From the IMG/VR virus record IMGVR_UViG_3300028591_000115: 64,000 bases of DNA. One strand, given 5' to 3'. Numbering within the stretch: the stretch's first letter is position 1; each line of letters begins with the position of its first letter. Below the pieces are notes generated by a model, which was given only the letters and a program-made list of their open reading frames with translations, was not told where the DNA came from and made no database searches. A program made the translations under genes and the position numbers. Source of the DNA: an uncultured virus (IMG/VR IMGVR_UViG_3300028591_000115). Lineage: Duplodnaviria > Heunggongvirae > Uroviricota > Caudoviricetes. Shown one piece after another: positions 1-8,169 of this stretch.

Positions 1-1
1 A

Positions 2-1546
2 AATCAATTTGTAACTCCTACACCAAGTCCTACTCCGACACCAACACCATCACCTACTCCAACCCCAAGTCCTACTCCGACTCCGACTCCGACTCCGACT
101 CCGACTCCGACTCCGACTCCGACTCCAACTCCAACTCCAACTCCAACTCCAACTCCAACTCCGAGCCCGTCGCCAACACCAAGTCCGAGTCCGACACCTA
201 CACCAAGTCCAACGCCTACGGCGACTCCATCACCTACACCTACCCCAACGAGTACGCTAAGTCCGACTCCAACAGCTACTCCTACACAAAGTCCGACTCC
301 AACTGTAACGCCTACGGCAACACCGAGTCCAAGTCCTACACCAACTCTAACTGCGTCTCCAACTCCTACACCGACAATAACAGTAACACCAAGCCCAACT
401 CCTGTGTCCGCTGGAACATTTACTATTTATAAATCAGCAAAAGTAACAGCAAAACAGAAAGAGGTTGTTTTCAAATTTAAGATTGAAGGCCCATCATTTG
501 AAAAACCGCAAATTGTTGAAATTGCAGTTCATGAATATGGTAGCAATCATATAAATATTGAAAATGTATTGCCTGGTGTATATACAATTACTGAAATTGA
601 AGTGCCTGAAGGATACATATTTGGCAGTGTTGGTAAGCATATAACTGATAGTGGTATTAAGTCTCCAATAGAGATAGTTGAATGGAGCGATCCAGAAACA
701 ACGCCTGTGCCGCAAAGCATTATGATTAACGTTGTTGATGGTAGTAATACTGATTATGCTATTGATTTCATAAACGTAACAGTTACTCCTTCTCCTACCC
801 CGGTTGTAACAAATACACCAACTCCTACTCCTACAATTACAATTACGCCAAGTCCGAGTCCGACTCCTACCTTTAGTCCTACTCCAAGTCCTACTCCGGA
901 TGAAACAGAGTCTCCATCTCCAACACCAGTGATAACTGAATCACCAAGTCCAACACCTCAAGTTACTGAGAGTCCTACTCCAACACCAGTAATTACAGAA
1001 AGTCCTACACCGACTCCAACAGTAACACCGACCCCTACTCCCAAACCAACAGAAACTCCATTGCCAACATTAACTCCAGAACCATTGCCTTCTATTACGC
1101 CTACACCAATTCCTTGGGAAGAAGAAGTAGAAACAATTACAGTTGGTATTCGTAAACGTTGGAATGATGATGGATATACTATTGTACGTCCTAAATTGGC
1201 AAGAGTAAAATTATATGGTAATGGTAAACTCATAAAAGTTATTACTTTATCAGATGAAAATGAATGGTTGGTTATTTTAGAGGTGCCTAAATACGATGAA
1301 GATGGTACAGAAATAATCTACAAATGGAAAGAAGTAGAAGTTCCTGGATATCATGTTGAAAACACATATGTGACAGATGTCGTTACAACAATTATAAATC
1401 GAATTTATGAATATCCTCAGCCTCCAGAAGGGCAAAAACCTCCAAAGCTACCTGGAAAACCAGTGGCATTAATTACGATGGAGAATTATGGTACTCCTCT
1501 TGGTGTAGAGATTATGATCAATCATGTAGGTGACTGTTTCGATTAA
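2..1546 (+). CDS. Pro/Thr-rich surface/adhesin-like protein with SpaA-like and Cna B-type domains (5'-truncated by window)
   Basis: Frame open from base 2 ([12 protein letters not shown]...) to TAA 1546. Two long PT linkers; [16 protein letters not shown] (pilin/SpaA-like); KRWNDDG..RP..VKLYGNG..LSDENEW..PKYDEDG (Cna-B-like); ends [19 protein letters not shown]. Confidence 0.75.
   Translation, partial: NQFVTPTPSPTPTPTPSPTPTPSPTPTPTPTPTPTPTPTPTPTPTPTPTPTPTPSPSPTPSPSPTPTPSPTPTATPSPTPTPTSTLSPTPTATPTQSPTPTVTPTATPSPSPTPTLTASPTPTPTITVTPSPTPVSAGTFTIYKSAKVTAKQKEVVFKFKIEGPSFEKPQIVEIAVHEYGSNHINIENVLPGVYTITEIEVPEGYIFGSVGKHITDSGIKSPIEIVEWSDPETTPVPQSIMINVVDGSNTDYAIDFINVTVTPSPTPVVTNTPTPTPTITITPSPSPTPTFSPTPSPTPDETESPSPTPVITESPSPTPQVTESPTPTPVITESPTPTPTVTPTPTPKPTETPLPTLTPEPLPSITPTPIPWEEEVETITVGIRKRWNDDGYTIVRPKLARVKLYGNGKLIKVITLSDENEWLVILEVPKYDEDGTEIIYKWKEVEVPGYHVENTYVTDVVTTIINRIYEYPQPPEGQKPPKLPGKPVALITMENYGTPLGVEIMINHVGDCFD
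73..163 (+). repeat. Tandem hexamer repeat (ACTCCG)n/(ACTCCA)n encoding Thr-Pro
   Basis: Visible run of actccg then actcca units within a longer degenerate Pro/Thr/Ser tract (~13-400). Confidence 0.9.
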
Positions 1547-1575
1547 TTGATTTTTATAAAAAAATTTGATATAAT
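1547..1575 (+). promoter_or_regulatory. sigma-A/70-type promoter with extended -10
   Basis: TTGATT-17 nt-TATAAT with TG upstream of -10. Similar -35/17 nt/-10 elements start at 2660, 3860, 5500, 7339, 10958, 12365, 14052, 16810, 17739, 22711, 24695, 24957, 27472, 29866, 35272, 37930, 45185. Confidence 0.8.
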
Positions 1576-1611
1576 ATATATATGTAAGATAAAGAAAGGG
1601 GATTTTAGTAA

Positions 1612-1947
1612 ATGGAAATTATGTATCATCGTAAAACCGGTATGCGTTATGAAGTTCATGGATTTGATGTTGATCATGGTATGGCTTTATGTTATGATAC
1701 TAACCAGGCAGCTCGTTGCAACGGACAAGGCTGGATTAAAATCCCCACTAAATCTTTAATTCCTGAAGTATATGCAAATAAAATTACCGGTAAGTTTATG
1801 TCTAAAACTGAACGTGCCGATATTAAGCATCATTTAAAGCTGGTTGAAGCAATTTGGGAATGTGAAGATGGCAGTCAATTTGATCATGTTCATCTTGATG
1901 ATGCTATTGAGCATCAGAAGAAATTGATGCAAAACGATCCCAGTTAA
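1612..1947 (+). CDS. hypothetical protein
   Basis: 111-aa ORF with AAGGGG RBS downstream of promoter. Confidence 0.65.
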   Translation: MEIMYHRKTGMRYEVHGFDVDHGMALCYDTNQAARCNGQGWIKIPTKSLIPEVYANKITGKFMSKTERADIKHHLKLVEAIWECEDGSQFDHVHLDDAIEHQKKLMQNDPS

Positions 1948-1957
1948 TGGGATCCAT

Positions 1958-2029
1958 GCCGTCGTGGCTCAACGGTAGAGCAGCGCACTTGTAATGCGCA
2001 GGTTGTAGGTTCGATTCCTATCGGCGGCT
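1958..2029 (+). tRNA. tRNA-Thr(UGU)
   Basis: Acceptor GCCGTCG/CGGCGGC, D arm GCTC/GAGC, anticodon arm GCGCA-CTTGTAA-TGCGC, T arm GTAGG-TTCGATT-CCTAT; no encoded CCA. Confidence 0.95.
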
Positions 2030-2200
2030 CGGTCCTTCGTCTATTTTTGGGATAAAGTAGTCTTGAGGAAATCGGCGGAAACCTGACTAAAAAGATCCAC
2101 CCAGGGCAGACCAGGAGATAATGCGGACGCGCAAAAGTGCTCCCCAACTAATGCTGGTAAACAGCAAAGAGCTGGTCATTCTTTTTGAAATAATATTTTA

Positions 2201-2307
2201 AGACCGTTTCAGCAATTTTTATCGCTCTTAGCGATCGTAGTCTAAAGGTAAGACATTAGTTTGAAAAACTGACATTTTGGGTTCGAATCCCAACGAAAAA
2301 GCGGTCT
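2201..2307 (+). ncRNA. tRNA-mimic RNA (D, GAA-anticodon and T arms) closed by a CAGCAA-bulged stem; Y-RNA-like candidate
   Basis: AGACCGT(2201)/GCGGTCT(2301) stem, TTCAGCAA bulge, D arm GTCT-AAAGGTA-AGAC, TTAGT-TTGAAAA-ACTGA, TTGGG-TTCGAAT-CCCAA; no canonical acceptor stem or CCA. Confidence 0.6.
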
Positions 2308-2315
2308 AGTTTTTT

Positions 2316-2403
2316 GGTAGGGTGCCCAAGTGGTCATAAGGGCGCTGACTTGAAATCAGCTGTGGCGCAAGCCCCGGGGGTTCGAATCCCTCCCCTATCG
2401 CCA
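2316..2403 (+). tRNA. tRNA-Ser(UGA)
   Basis: Acceptor GGTAGGG/CCCTATC, anticodon arm GCTGA-CTTGAAA-TCAGC, long variable arm, GGGGG-TTCGAAT-CCCTC, discriminator G plus CCA. Confidence 0.95.
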
Positions 2404-2427
2404 ATTAAATATTTTAGGAGTGTGCCT

Positions 2428-2670
2428 ATGAGAACAAGAGCAGAACGTCGTAAGAACACTTGGAAAAAGATCCGTCGTGCAGAAAACCTTGAACAGGATC
2501 TTGAACAGACTGGTGTGCATGTGCATTATAGACTAAAAGTACCGCATCAGTATGCGAAAAGTCGTTTTTATCGTAAGCTATTTAAAAAGAAAGCACTGCA
2601 ATCCTATGAGAAAATTGATCCAAAGGATCAGCGTCAGTTAGACGATATGAAAGACCAACTTGACGAATAA
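2428..2670 (+). CDS. small basic hypothetical protein
   Basis: AGGAG RBS then ATG 2428 (MRTRAERR...); the track's upstream extension overlaps tRNA-Ser. Confidence 0.6.
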   Translation: MRTRAERRKNTWKKIRRAENLEQDLEQTGVHVHYRLKVPHQYAKSRFYRKLFKKKALQSYEKIDPKDQRQLDDMKDQLDE

Positions 2671-2688
2671 AAAAATTTTTGGTATTAT
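2660..2688 (+). promoter_or_regulatory. sigma-A promoter upstream of a non-coding structured region
   Basis: TTGACG-17 nt-TATTAT with TG extension. Confidence 0.7.
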
Positions 2689-2694
2689 ATATAT

Positions 2695-3070
2695 AAAGAA
2701 TAGGGCCTAAGATCACAGCAATCTTTTCTAATAATGAAGATTAATGATTTTGGATCGTTTTTGGTAACTACTTTCGATTGTAAGAGCCGCGGCCCCTCGA
2801 AAGAGTATGGTTAACTTACAATGGGTAGGAGAGTAATTCAGCAATATTATTTAAATTATATTTAACAATATTCTTTACAATAATAGGCTAGAATTAGACA
2901 TACATAAATTATGAGCATACTCTCGTAATTACCACTCATATTTATGGTCTAATTCATATATATTTTTATATGGGTCGGACTGGTCATCCGTGCTCATGGT
3001 GTTCCTTCCTTTCTGTTTTTATTAAGCCCCTGGACGTCATAAGGGTGTGAGACGTTTGGGGGTCTTTTTT
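2695..3070 (+). ncRNA. putative structured non-coding transcript (CAGCAA stems, GAAA hairpin, anti-RBS segment, terminator)
   Basis: Lies between promoter 2660 and a hairpin plus T-tract at 3027-3070; no + strand ORF; several complementary stems. Confidence 0.5.
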
Positions 3071-3086
3071 TATACCCAAAAAAGGA

Positions 3087-3806
3087 GTGAAAGGTATGAC
3101 AGCATTATTGCAAAAATTTTTAGAGAAGGCTTTACAATTATTTAATTCTAATCCAAAACGTCGTGAGCCGGGTGATGGATCTGATGGGTACTGTGATTGT
3201 ATTGGGTACTTAATTGGGAGTCTTCGTCGCACTGGTCTTAAATGGACTGGTATTCATGGATCTAATTGGGCTGCTCGTAAAGAAGCAGTTAATTTACACC
3301 CTGTAAAAAGCGTAGCTGATCTTCAAGTTGGAGATATGGTACTTAAAGCTTGTGAACCAGGCACAAAAGGATATGCTCTACCTTCTCGTTACAAAAAAGG
3401 TGGGTCTTATTATAACGGAGATTTAAAAGACTATTATCATGCTGGTTTAGTATATTCTTTAAATCCATTTTAGATCCGTCATATGAGTTCTAAAATGACG
3501 ATTGATACTAAAATTGGTAAATGGAATTATGCCGCAAAACTTAAGCCTCTTGTAGATGCAGGCGCATATAAAGAAGTATATGAAGAAGCTGTAACGATCC
3601 CTTCTGATGGTACTCAAGCAAAAGTAACTGCACCTTCTGGTGGTACTGTTAATATGCGTAGAACTCCATCTCTTAAAGGTGCTTTAATTATGCGAATCAA
3701 GCTTGGTGAAATTGTTGAAATTATTGAGCCAGGTGAGGAATGGTGTAAAATTAAGTATCAAAAGAAAACTGGATATATGATGGCACAATTTTTAGATGTG
3801 CTATAA
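3087..3806 (+). CDS. NlpC/P60-like cell-wall hydrolase with C-terminal SH3b domain (TAG read-through at 3471)
   Basis: DCIG Cys and YHAGLV His motifs; SLNPF*IRHMSS continues in frame into the SH3 ORF (GTVNMRRTPS..WCKIKY..GYMM). Confidence 0.8.
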
Positions 3807-3809
3807 TTC

Positions 3810-3840
3810 AAACCCCGCAACTTGCGGGGTTTATTTTTTT
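3810..3840 (+). terminator. intrinsic terminator
   Basis: AAACCCCGCAA-C-TTGCGGGGTTT followed by T-tract. Confidence 0.85.
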
Positions 3841-3957
3841 TTATTATAATTTTAAATAGTTGATTTTTATAAAAATTTTTTATATAATATATATGTAATA
3901 AGAAATGAATGGACTTGTCCAAGTCCATAACATAAAAACAAAGGAGAGAAAGAAAGA

Positions 3958-5466
3958 ATGAATACTTTACTTAATGGTATGAAGCAGGCTACCAACTGGG
4001 CATTGACCGAAAATGGTGGCATTACCCACAAGACTACCAACAGTGACTTGTTGGATATGTTTGCTATGGGCGCGGCTATGCGTAACCGCTCTGATGCAGA
4101 CGTTATTCTTATGTTTCAGAAGGCATTTGATGAGAATGCTGAACTGGCAATGAAGATGCTTTTCTATATCCGTGATGTACGTGGCGGACAGGGAGAGCGC
4201 CGGTTCTTCCGCACTGTTGTGCGTTGGGCCGCAACCAATAAGAACACCCGTGAGTCCATTCGCAAGAACATCGAATTCTTCCCTGAGTTCGGTCGTTGGG
4301 ATGATCTTTATGCTCTTTGCGATACTCCTCTGGAGCAGGATATGTTTACCTTCATGAAGAAGCAGCTTGCTTTGGATGTGGAGTGTAAGACTCCTTCTCT
4401 GCTTGCCAAGTGGATGAAGTCTGAGAATGCAAGTTCTCCTGAGACTAAGCGTTTGGCTGACAAGACTCGTCGTTATCTGGGCATGAGCCATAAGGAATAC
4501 CGTAAGGTATTATCCATTATGCGCGCACGGATCAATGTCCTTGAGGTTCTTATGTCCGCCAATCGTTGGGATGAAATCGAGTTCGATAAGATCCCTTCCA
4601 AGGCTGGCTTGATCTATAAGAACGCTTTCGCTCGCCGCGATATCATCAAGGCGAAGTATGAAAAGTTCGCAAAGGACGAGAACACTAAGGTTAATGCGGC
4701 AACGCTTTATCCTTATGAGGTTGTTGAAAAGGCTATCGACCTTATGGGTGGATATTATGGCTACGGTCGTGGTATTGCACTAGATAACACTGATCGCCTT
4801 ATGATCAACAAGTATTGGGATAATCTTACCGATTATTTCAAGGGCGCAAAGCTGGATGCACTTTGTATGATCGATACTTCTGGTTCTATGAGCGGTACTC
4901 CTATCAATGTTGCTACGGCACTTGGTATGTATTGCGCGGAGCGTAACCAGGGTCCTTGGCACAATCACTATATTAGCTTCAGTCATCATCCCCAGTTGAT
5001 TGAGGTTGAAGGTGTAGACTTCTGCGACAAGGTCCAGCGCATTGTTGCAACGAATCTGTGCCAGAACACCAATATCGAAGCTGCCTTCGATATGGTGCTG
5101 AATACCGCGATCCGCACCCATGCGGAATTGCCTGAGTACATGATCGTAATCTCCGACATGGAGTTCGACAGTGCTACTGGCAATGGATGGCGGTACAGTG
5201 GTAGTGGTATGACTACGGCTAACGCTGAGTCTACCATGGAAACCATTGAACGTAAGTTCAATGCAGCAGGCTATCGCATGCCTAAGCTGATCTATTGGAA
5301 TGTTGATGCTCGCCAGGCCAATATTCCTATGATCGGTAACCACTACGTGTCCTACGTATCTGGTTTCAGTCCCTCTATCTTCAAGAGCATCTTGACTGGC
5401 AAGACCGGTTGGGATCTGATGATGGAAGCGATTGATTGCGAGCGTTACGCTTGTATCCACGCCTAA
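3958..5466 (+). CDS. DUF2828-family protein (TROVE-like helical region plus C-terminal vWA domain)
   Basis: TENG N-terminus, RDVRGGQGER, FGRWDD, LLAKW, MIDAS DTSGSM, VISDMEFD, YWNV, VSGFSP motifs. Confidence 0.85.
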   Translation: MNTLLNGMKQATNWALTENGGITHKTTNSDLLDMFAMGAAMRNRSDADVILMFQKAFDENAELAMKMLFYIRDVRGGQGERRFFRTVVRWAATNKNTRESIRKNIEFFPEFGRWDDLYALCDTPLEQDMFTFMKKQLALDVECKTPSLLAKWMKSENASSPETKRLADKTRRYLGMSHKEYRKVLSIMRARINVLEVLMSANRWDEIEFDKIPSKAGLIYKNAFARRDIIKAKYEKFAKDENTKVNAATLYPYEVVEKAIDLMGGYYGYGRGIALDNTDRLMINKYWDNLTDYFKGAKLDALCMIDTSGSMSGTPINVATALGMYCAERNQGPWHNHYISFSHHPQLIEVEGVDFCDKVQRIVATNLCQNTNIEAAFDMVLNTAIRTHAELPEYMIVISDMEFDSATGNGWRYSGSGMTTANAESTMETIERKFNAAGYRMPKLIYWNVDARQANIPMIGNHYVSYVSGFSPSIFKSILTGKTGWDLMMEAIDCERYACIHA

Positions 5467-5474
5467 GCGATCTC

Positions 5475-5528
5475 CAAGGGGTGATAATAATATCACCCCT
5501 TGATTTTTTTTATTTATTTTGATATAAT
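5475..5528 (+). terminator. terminator overlapping next sigma-A promoter
   Basis: CAAGGGGTGATA-ATAA-TATCACCCCTTG plus T-tract; TTGATT 5500 and TATAAT 5523. Confidence 0.8.
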
Positions 5529-5557
5529 AATTATAGAAAGTTAAGGAGGAGATTATT

Positions 5558-5758
5558 ATGAGTTCAAAGACTATGACCGCTGCTTTGTTAGGTACGATGA
5601 TGACATTGGGACATGAGTTTAGTTATCTTGGCAATTCTACTTGTAATCAATGCAAAGAAAAAGGATTAGACAAAGATAAAGATGGATATAGTGTATGTGA
5701 TGTATGCCCATTTAGCACAGGTGGCTTTGAACGTTTCATGAGTGAGGAGGAAGGATAA
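5558..5758 (+). CDS. small Cys-containing hypothetical protein
   Basis: AAGGAGG RBS; CxxC..CxxC. Confidence 0.6.
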   Translation: MSSKTMTAALLGTMMTLGHEFSYLGNSTCNQCKEKGLDKDKDGYSVCDVCPFSTGGFERFMSEEEG

Positions 5759-6570
5759 TGAACGTAGACGTACTTGAAAGAGTATTTGCACACGCACAAA
5801 AGGTAGATGAATGGTGTGCAAAAAATGGCGGTATCCGTGTAATGACCGCTTTGTTTGGATCTCAGAATTATGGTCTAGCTACGACTAAAAGTGATGTAGA
5901 CACCAAGTCTATTATTGTCCCCGACCTGCGCGATTGGACCTGGGGCGATACAGACAAATATAACAAAACTCTTGAAATGGATAATGGCGAACATGCTGAA
6001 ACTAAAGCCATTGCTGATATGTTCAAGCAATATATCAAGGGTAACATCAATTTCCTTGAAACTCTTTATACTGAATATGTTGATATTGCTCCCGGTTGGG
6101 AATGGCTTTATGACACTCTGCTTGGAGTGCGGGATAATATTAGTCGACATAATTTGTATAAATCTGCAAAATGTTGGCTTGGATATGAATCACAAGCTCT
6201 TGAACGCACCTTCTTTAATGATAGCGTTGCTCTTGGATATAATGATGCAGTTGGATATAACCCTAAGAGTTTAATGAACGCTTTCAGAATTAAAGAAAGT
6301 TTCATTCGATTTTTCCAATTCAGTCGGCCCTTTGATGAAGCTATCGACGTAAGTGATATGCGGGGTATGTTTTTGGATATTAAACAATATCCTATGCCGC
6401 GTGATATTGCATGGACGTATGCAAGTGATCTGCGCAAATGGATGGATAAAGCTCATGAGTGGGTACATGAACATTACAAAGATAAAGAAGTATTCAATGC
6501 TGATTTTTATTTCCGCATGTTGTGCGAACAAGTATATGTGATATTGGGGGAGAATGAAGTATGTGGTTAA
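5758..6570 (+). CDS. Pol-beta superfamily nucleotidyltransferase
   Basis: FGSQNYGL...SDVD signature and KGNINFLETLY. Confidence 0.8.
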   Translation: MNVDVLERVFAHAQKVDEWCAKNGGIRVMTALFGSQNYGLATTKSDVDTKSIIVPDLRDWTWGDTDKYNKTLEMDNGEHAETKAIADMFKQYIKGNINFLETLYTEYVDIAPGWEWLYDTLLGVRDNISRHNLYKSAKCWLGYESQALERTFFNDSVALGYNDAVGYNPKSLMNAFRIKESFIRFFQFSRPFDEAIDVSDMRGMFLDIKQYPMPRDIAWTYASDLRKWMDKAHEWVHEHYKDKEVFNADFYFRMLCEQVYVILGENEVCG

Positions 6571-6857
6571 TCTGTTTTCAACCGATTGGATCCGATAAAC
6601 TTGTACCGCAAATCCTGTGCAATACTGAGCAGGAAGCAAAAGATTGGGTGAAAAAGGCACCGTTCTCCGTCGTTGGCTCTTACATTTATATGTTCGTACC
6701 TCTTGCTACCCCTGTGGGTTATTTCAAAAGAGAAGAACCTTATCAGCTCCCTGGTTATAACCCTGTAGTTCCCTATTATGTTGAAGAGCGTCGTCCACCT
6801 GCCCAGTGGCAATATGAAGTAGGCGATTGGCCTTTTCCGCCAAACATCCAATGTTAA
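6561..6857 (+). CDS. hypothetical protein
   Basis: 98-aa ORF overlapping the upstream stop, with GGGGAG RBS. Confidence 0.55.
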   Translation: MWLICFQPIGSDKLVPQILCNTEQEAKDWVKKAPFSVVGSYIYMFVPLATPVGYFKREEPYQLPGYNPVVPYYVEERRPPAQWQYEVGDWPFPPNIQC

Positions 6858-6869
6858 GGAGGATTTAAT

Positions 6870-7334
6870 ATGACTATTGCTGAATGTCAAGTCGAAACTA
6901 TGAAGCACATTGAGAAAGTGCGGAAATATATTCGATTTTTTACTGATAAGTTGACCAATCGTGGTGTTAACCATGATGCTGCTAAACTTGAACCGCCAGA
7001 AGTAGATCTGTTTGCAGAATACACTCCTAAATTGGCGACTACTGAGTACAATAGTGATGAATATAAACAATGTCTAGCTGGTCTCAAGCCTGCACTGGAT
7101 CATCATTATGCGACTTATCGTCATCATCCAGAACATTTTGCCAATGGCGTCAATGATATGAATCTGATTGACCTGGTTGAAATGTTGGCCGATTGGAAGG
7201 CTGCAAGTGAGCGTCAGCATAATGGTAATTTGCTTACTTCTATTGAGCAAAATGCTATTCGCTTCAAAATGTCTGATCAACTTAAACAGATTTTGTTAAA
7301 TACTGCTAAGCTACTTGACGAGACAGATCACTAA
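6870..7334 (+). CDS. DUF5662-like HD-type protein
   Basis: HI..V, HDAAK, ALDHHY..RHHPEHF, EMLADW motifs. Confidence 0.75.
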   Translation: MTIAECQVETMKHIEKVRKYIRFFTDKLTNRGVNHDAAKLEPPEVDLFAEYTPKLATTEYNSDEYKQCLAGLKPALDHHYATYRHHPEHFANGVNDMNLIDLVEMLADWKAASERQHNGNLLTSIEQNAIRFKMSDQLKQILLNTAKLLDETDH

Positions 7335-7521
7335 TCACTTGAAAACTATAAAAATATATGATAATATATTTATAGTGAAAGGGGGATTTATATGTCTGAA
7401 CAAGATGTTGAAGCGCTGGTAGAAATTATTATGCGAACAAGATATGGAAAATATGAAGACTATGTGAATGAAGAAGAAAGAGCTTATTGGCGAAAATTTT
7501 TAACAAAGGATGTGAGTAAAG

Positions 7522-7800
7522 ATGACTCTATGGTTCGAGAACAGTCAGGGAGTGAAACGTCAAATCTGTGATTGCGCAACCTGGGAAGAAGTATGTCAAT
7601 CTATCCGCGAGTTTATTGATCAATGTAATGCCAATAAACATAACATGGCAAAAGAAAAATATGGTAAGGATTACGATCCATCCAAAGTGGTTCCTTTTGT
7701 AAGTTATTACATGCGCGTATGGGAACAGGATGGTATGACTAAAATTGATGTCGGATCCCATACTGAGTTCTTCTTCTGGGAAGGGAAGTATCCTGGATGA
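7522..7800 (+). CDS. hypothetical phage protein
   Basis: 92 aa ending YYMRVWE..IDVGSHTEFF; RBS present. Confidence 0.65.
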   Translation: MTLWFENSQGVKRQICDCATWEEVCQSIREFIDQCNANKHNMAKEKYGKDYDPSKVVPFVSYYMRVWEQDGMTKIDVGSHTEFFFWEGKYPG

Positions 7801-7902
7801 TTATTGTTGATATTATTATTGCATCATTGCTCATTGGTATATTCGTATGGATAGTTATTAGCAATCATGACGATCATAATACACCAGCAATTTGAGGTAA
7901 AT

Positions 7903-8169
7903 ATGAAAAAAGTATATACATATGAAGTAAAACATAAAGTCGCATGGGGTGGAACGCAAAGATGCCCTAAATGCGATAGTAGCCAATTAGGTATTTGGCA
8001 TCAAATTGATCCAGATGCTTATACTGAAAATGAGGATTGGCCTTGGTATCATGCTGCATGGTTTGTACAGTGTGAAACATGTGGCAATCGTACATATGCT
8101 TTTCATAATAAGCGTTATGCATGGAGAGCATGGAAGGATGCTTGTAAAAATAAAGAACTAAAGGAGTGA
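7903..8169 (+). CDS. zinc-ribbon protein (Lar-like)
   Basis: GAGG RBS, CPKC...CETCG...AW.AW. Confidence 0.55.
   Translation: MKKVYTYEVKHKVAWGGTQRCPKCDSSQLGIWHQIDPDAYTENEDWPWYHAAWFVQCETCGNRTYAFHNKRYAWRAWKDACKNKELKE

Noticed and set aside
13..400. CRISPR array or telomere-like repeat
   Set aside because: In-frame Pro/Thr codon repeats with no unique spacers.
2030..2186. tRNA-associated HDV-like (theta) ribozyme, RNase P RNA or c-di-GMP riboswitch
   Set aside because: Could not build the nested double pseudoknot; only fragments (GAGGAAA, GCAAAAG) resemble the other consensus motifs.
2231..2300. Functional tRNA-Phe(GAA) or amber suppressor tRNA
   Set aside because: No 7-bp acceptor stem or CCA; the CTA here lies in the D arm, not an anticodon loop. 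No CUA-anticodon tRNA was found in the window.
2314..2427. N-terminal extension of track ORF 2314..2670, and - strand ORF 1944..2147
   Set aside because: They overlap clear tRNA genes; the real CDS start is ATG 2428 with an RBS.
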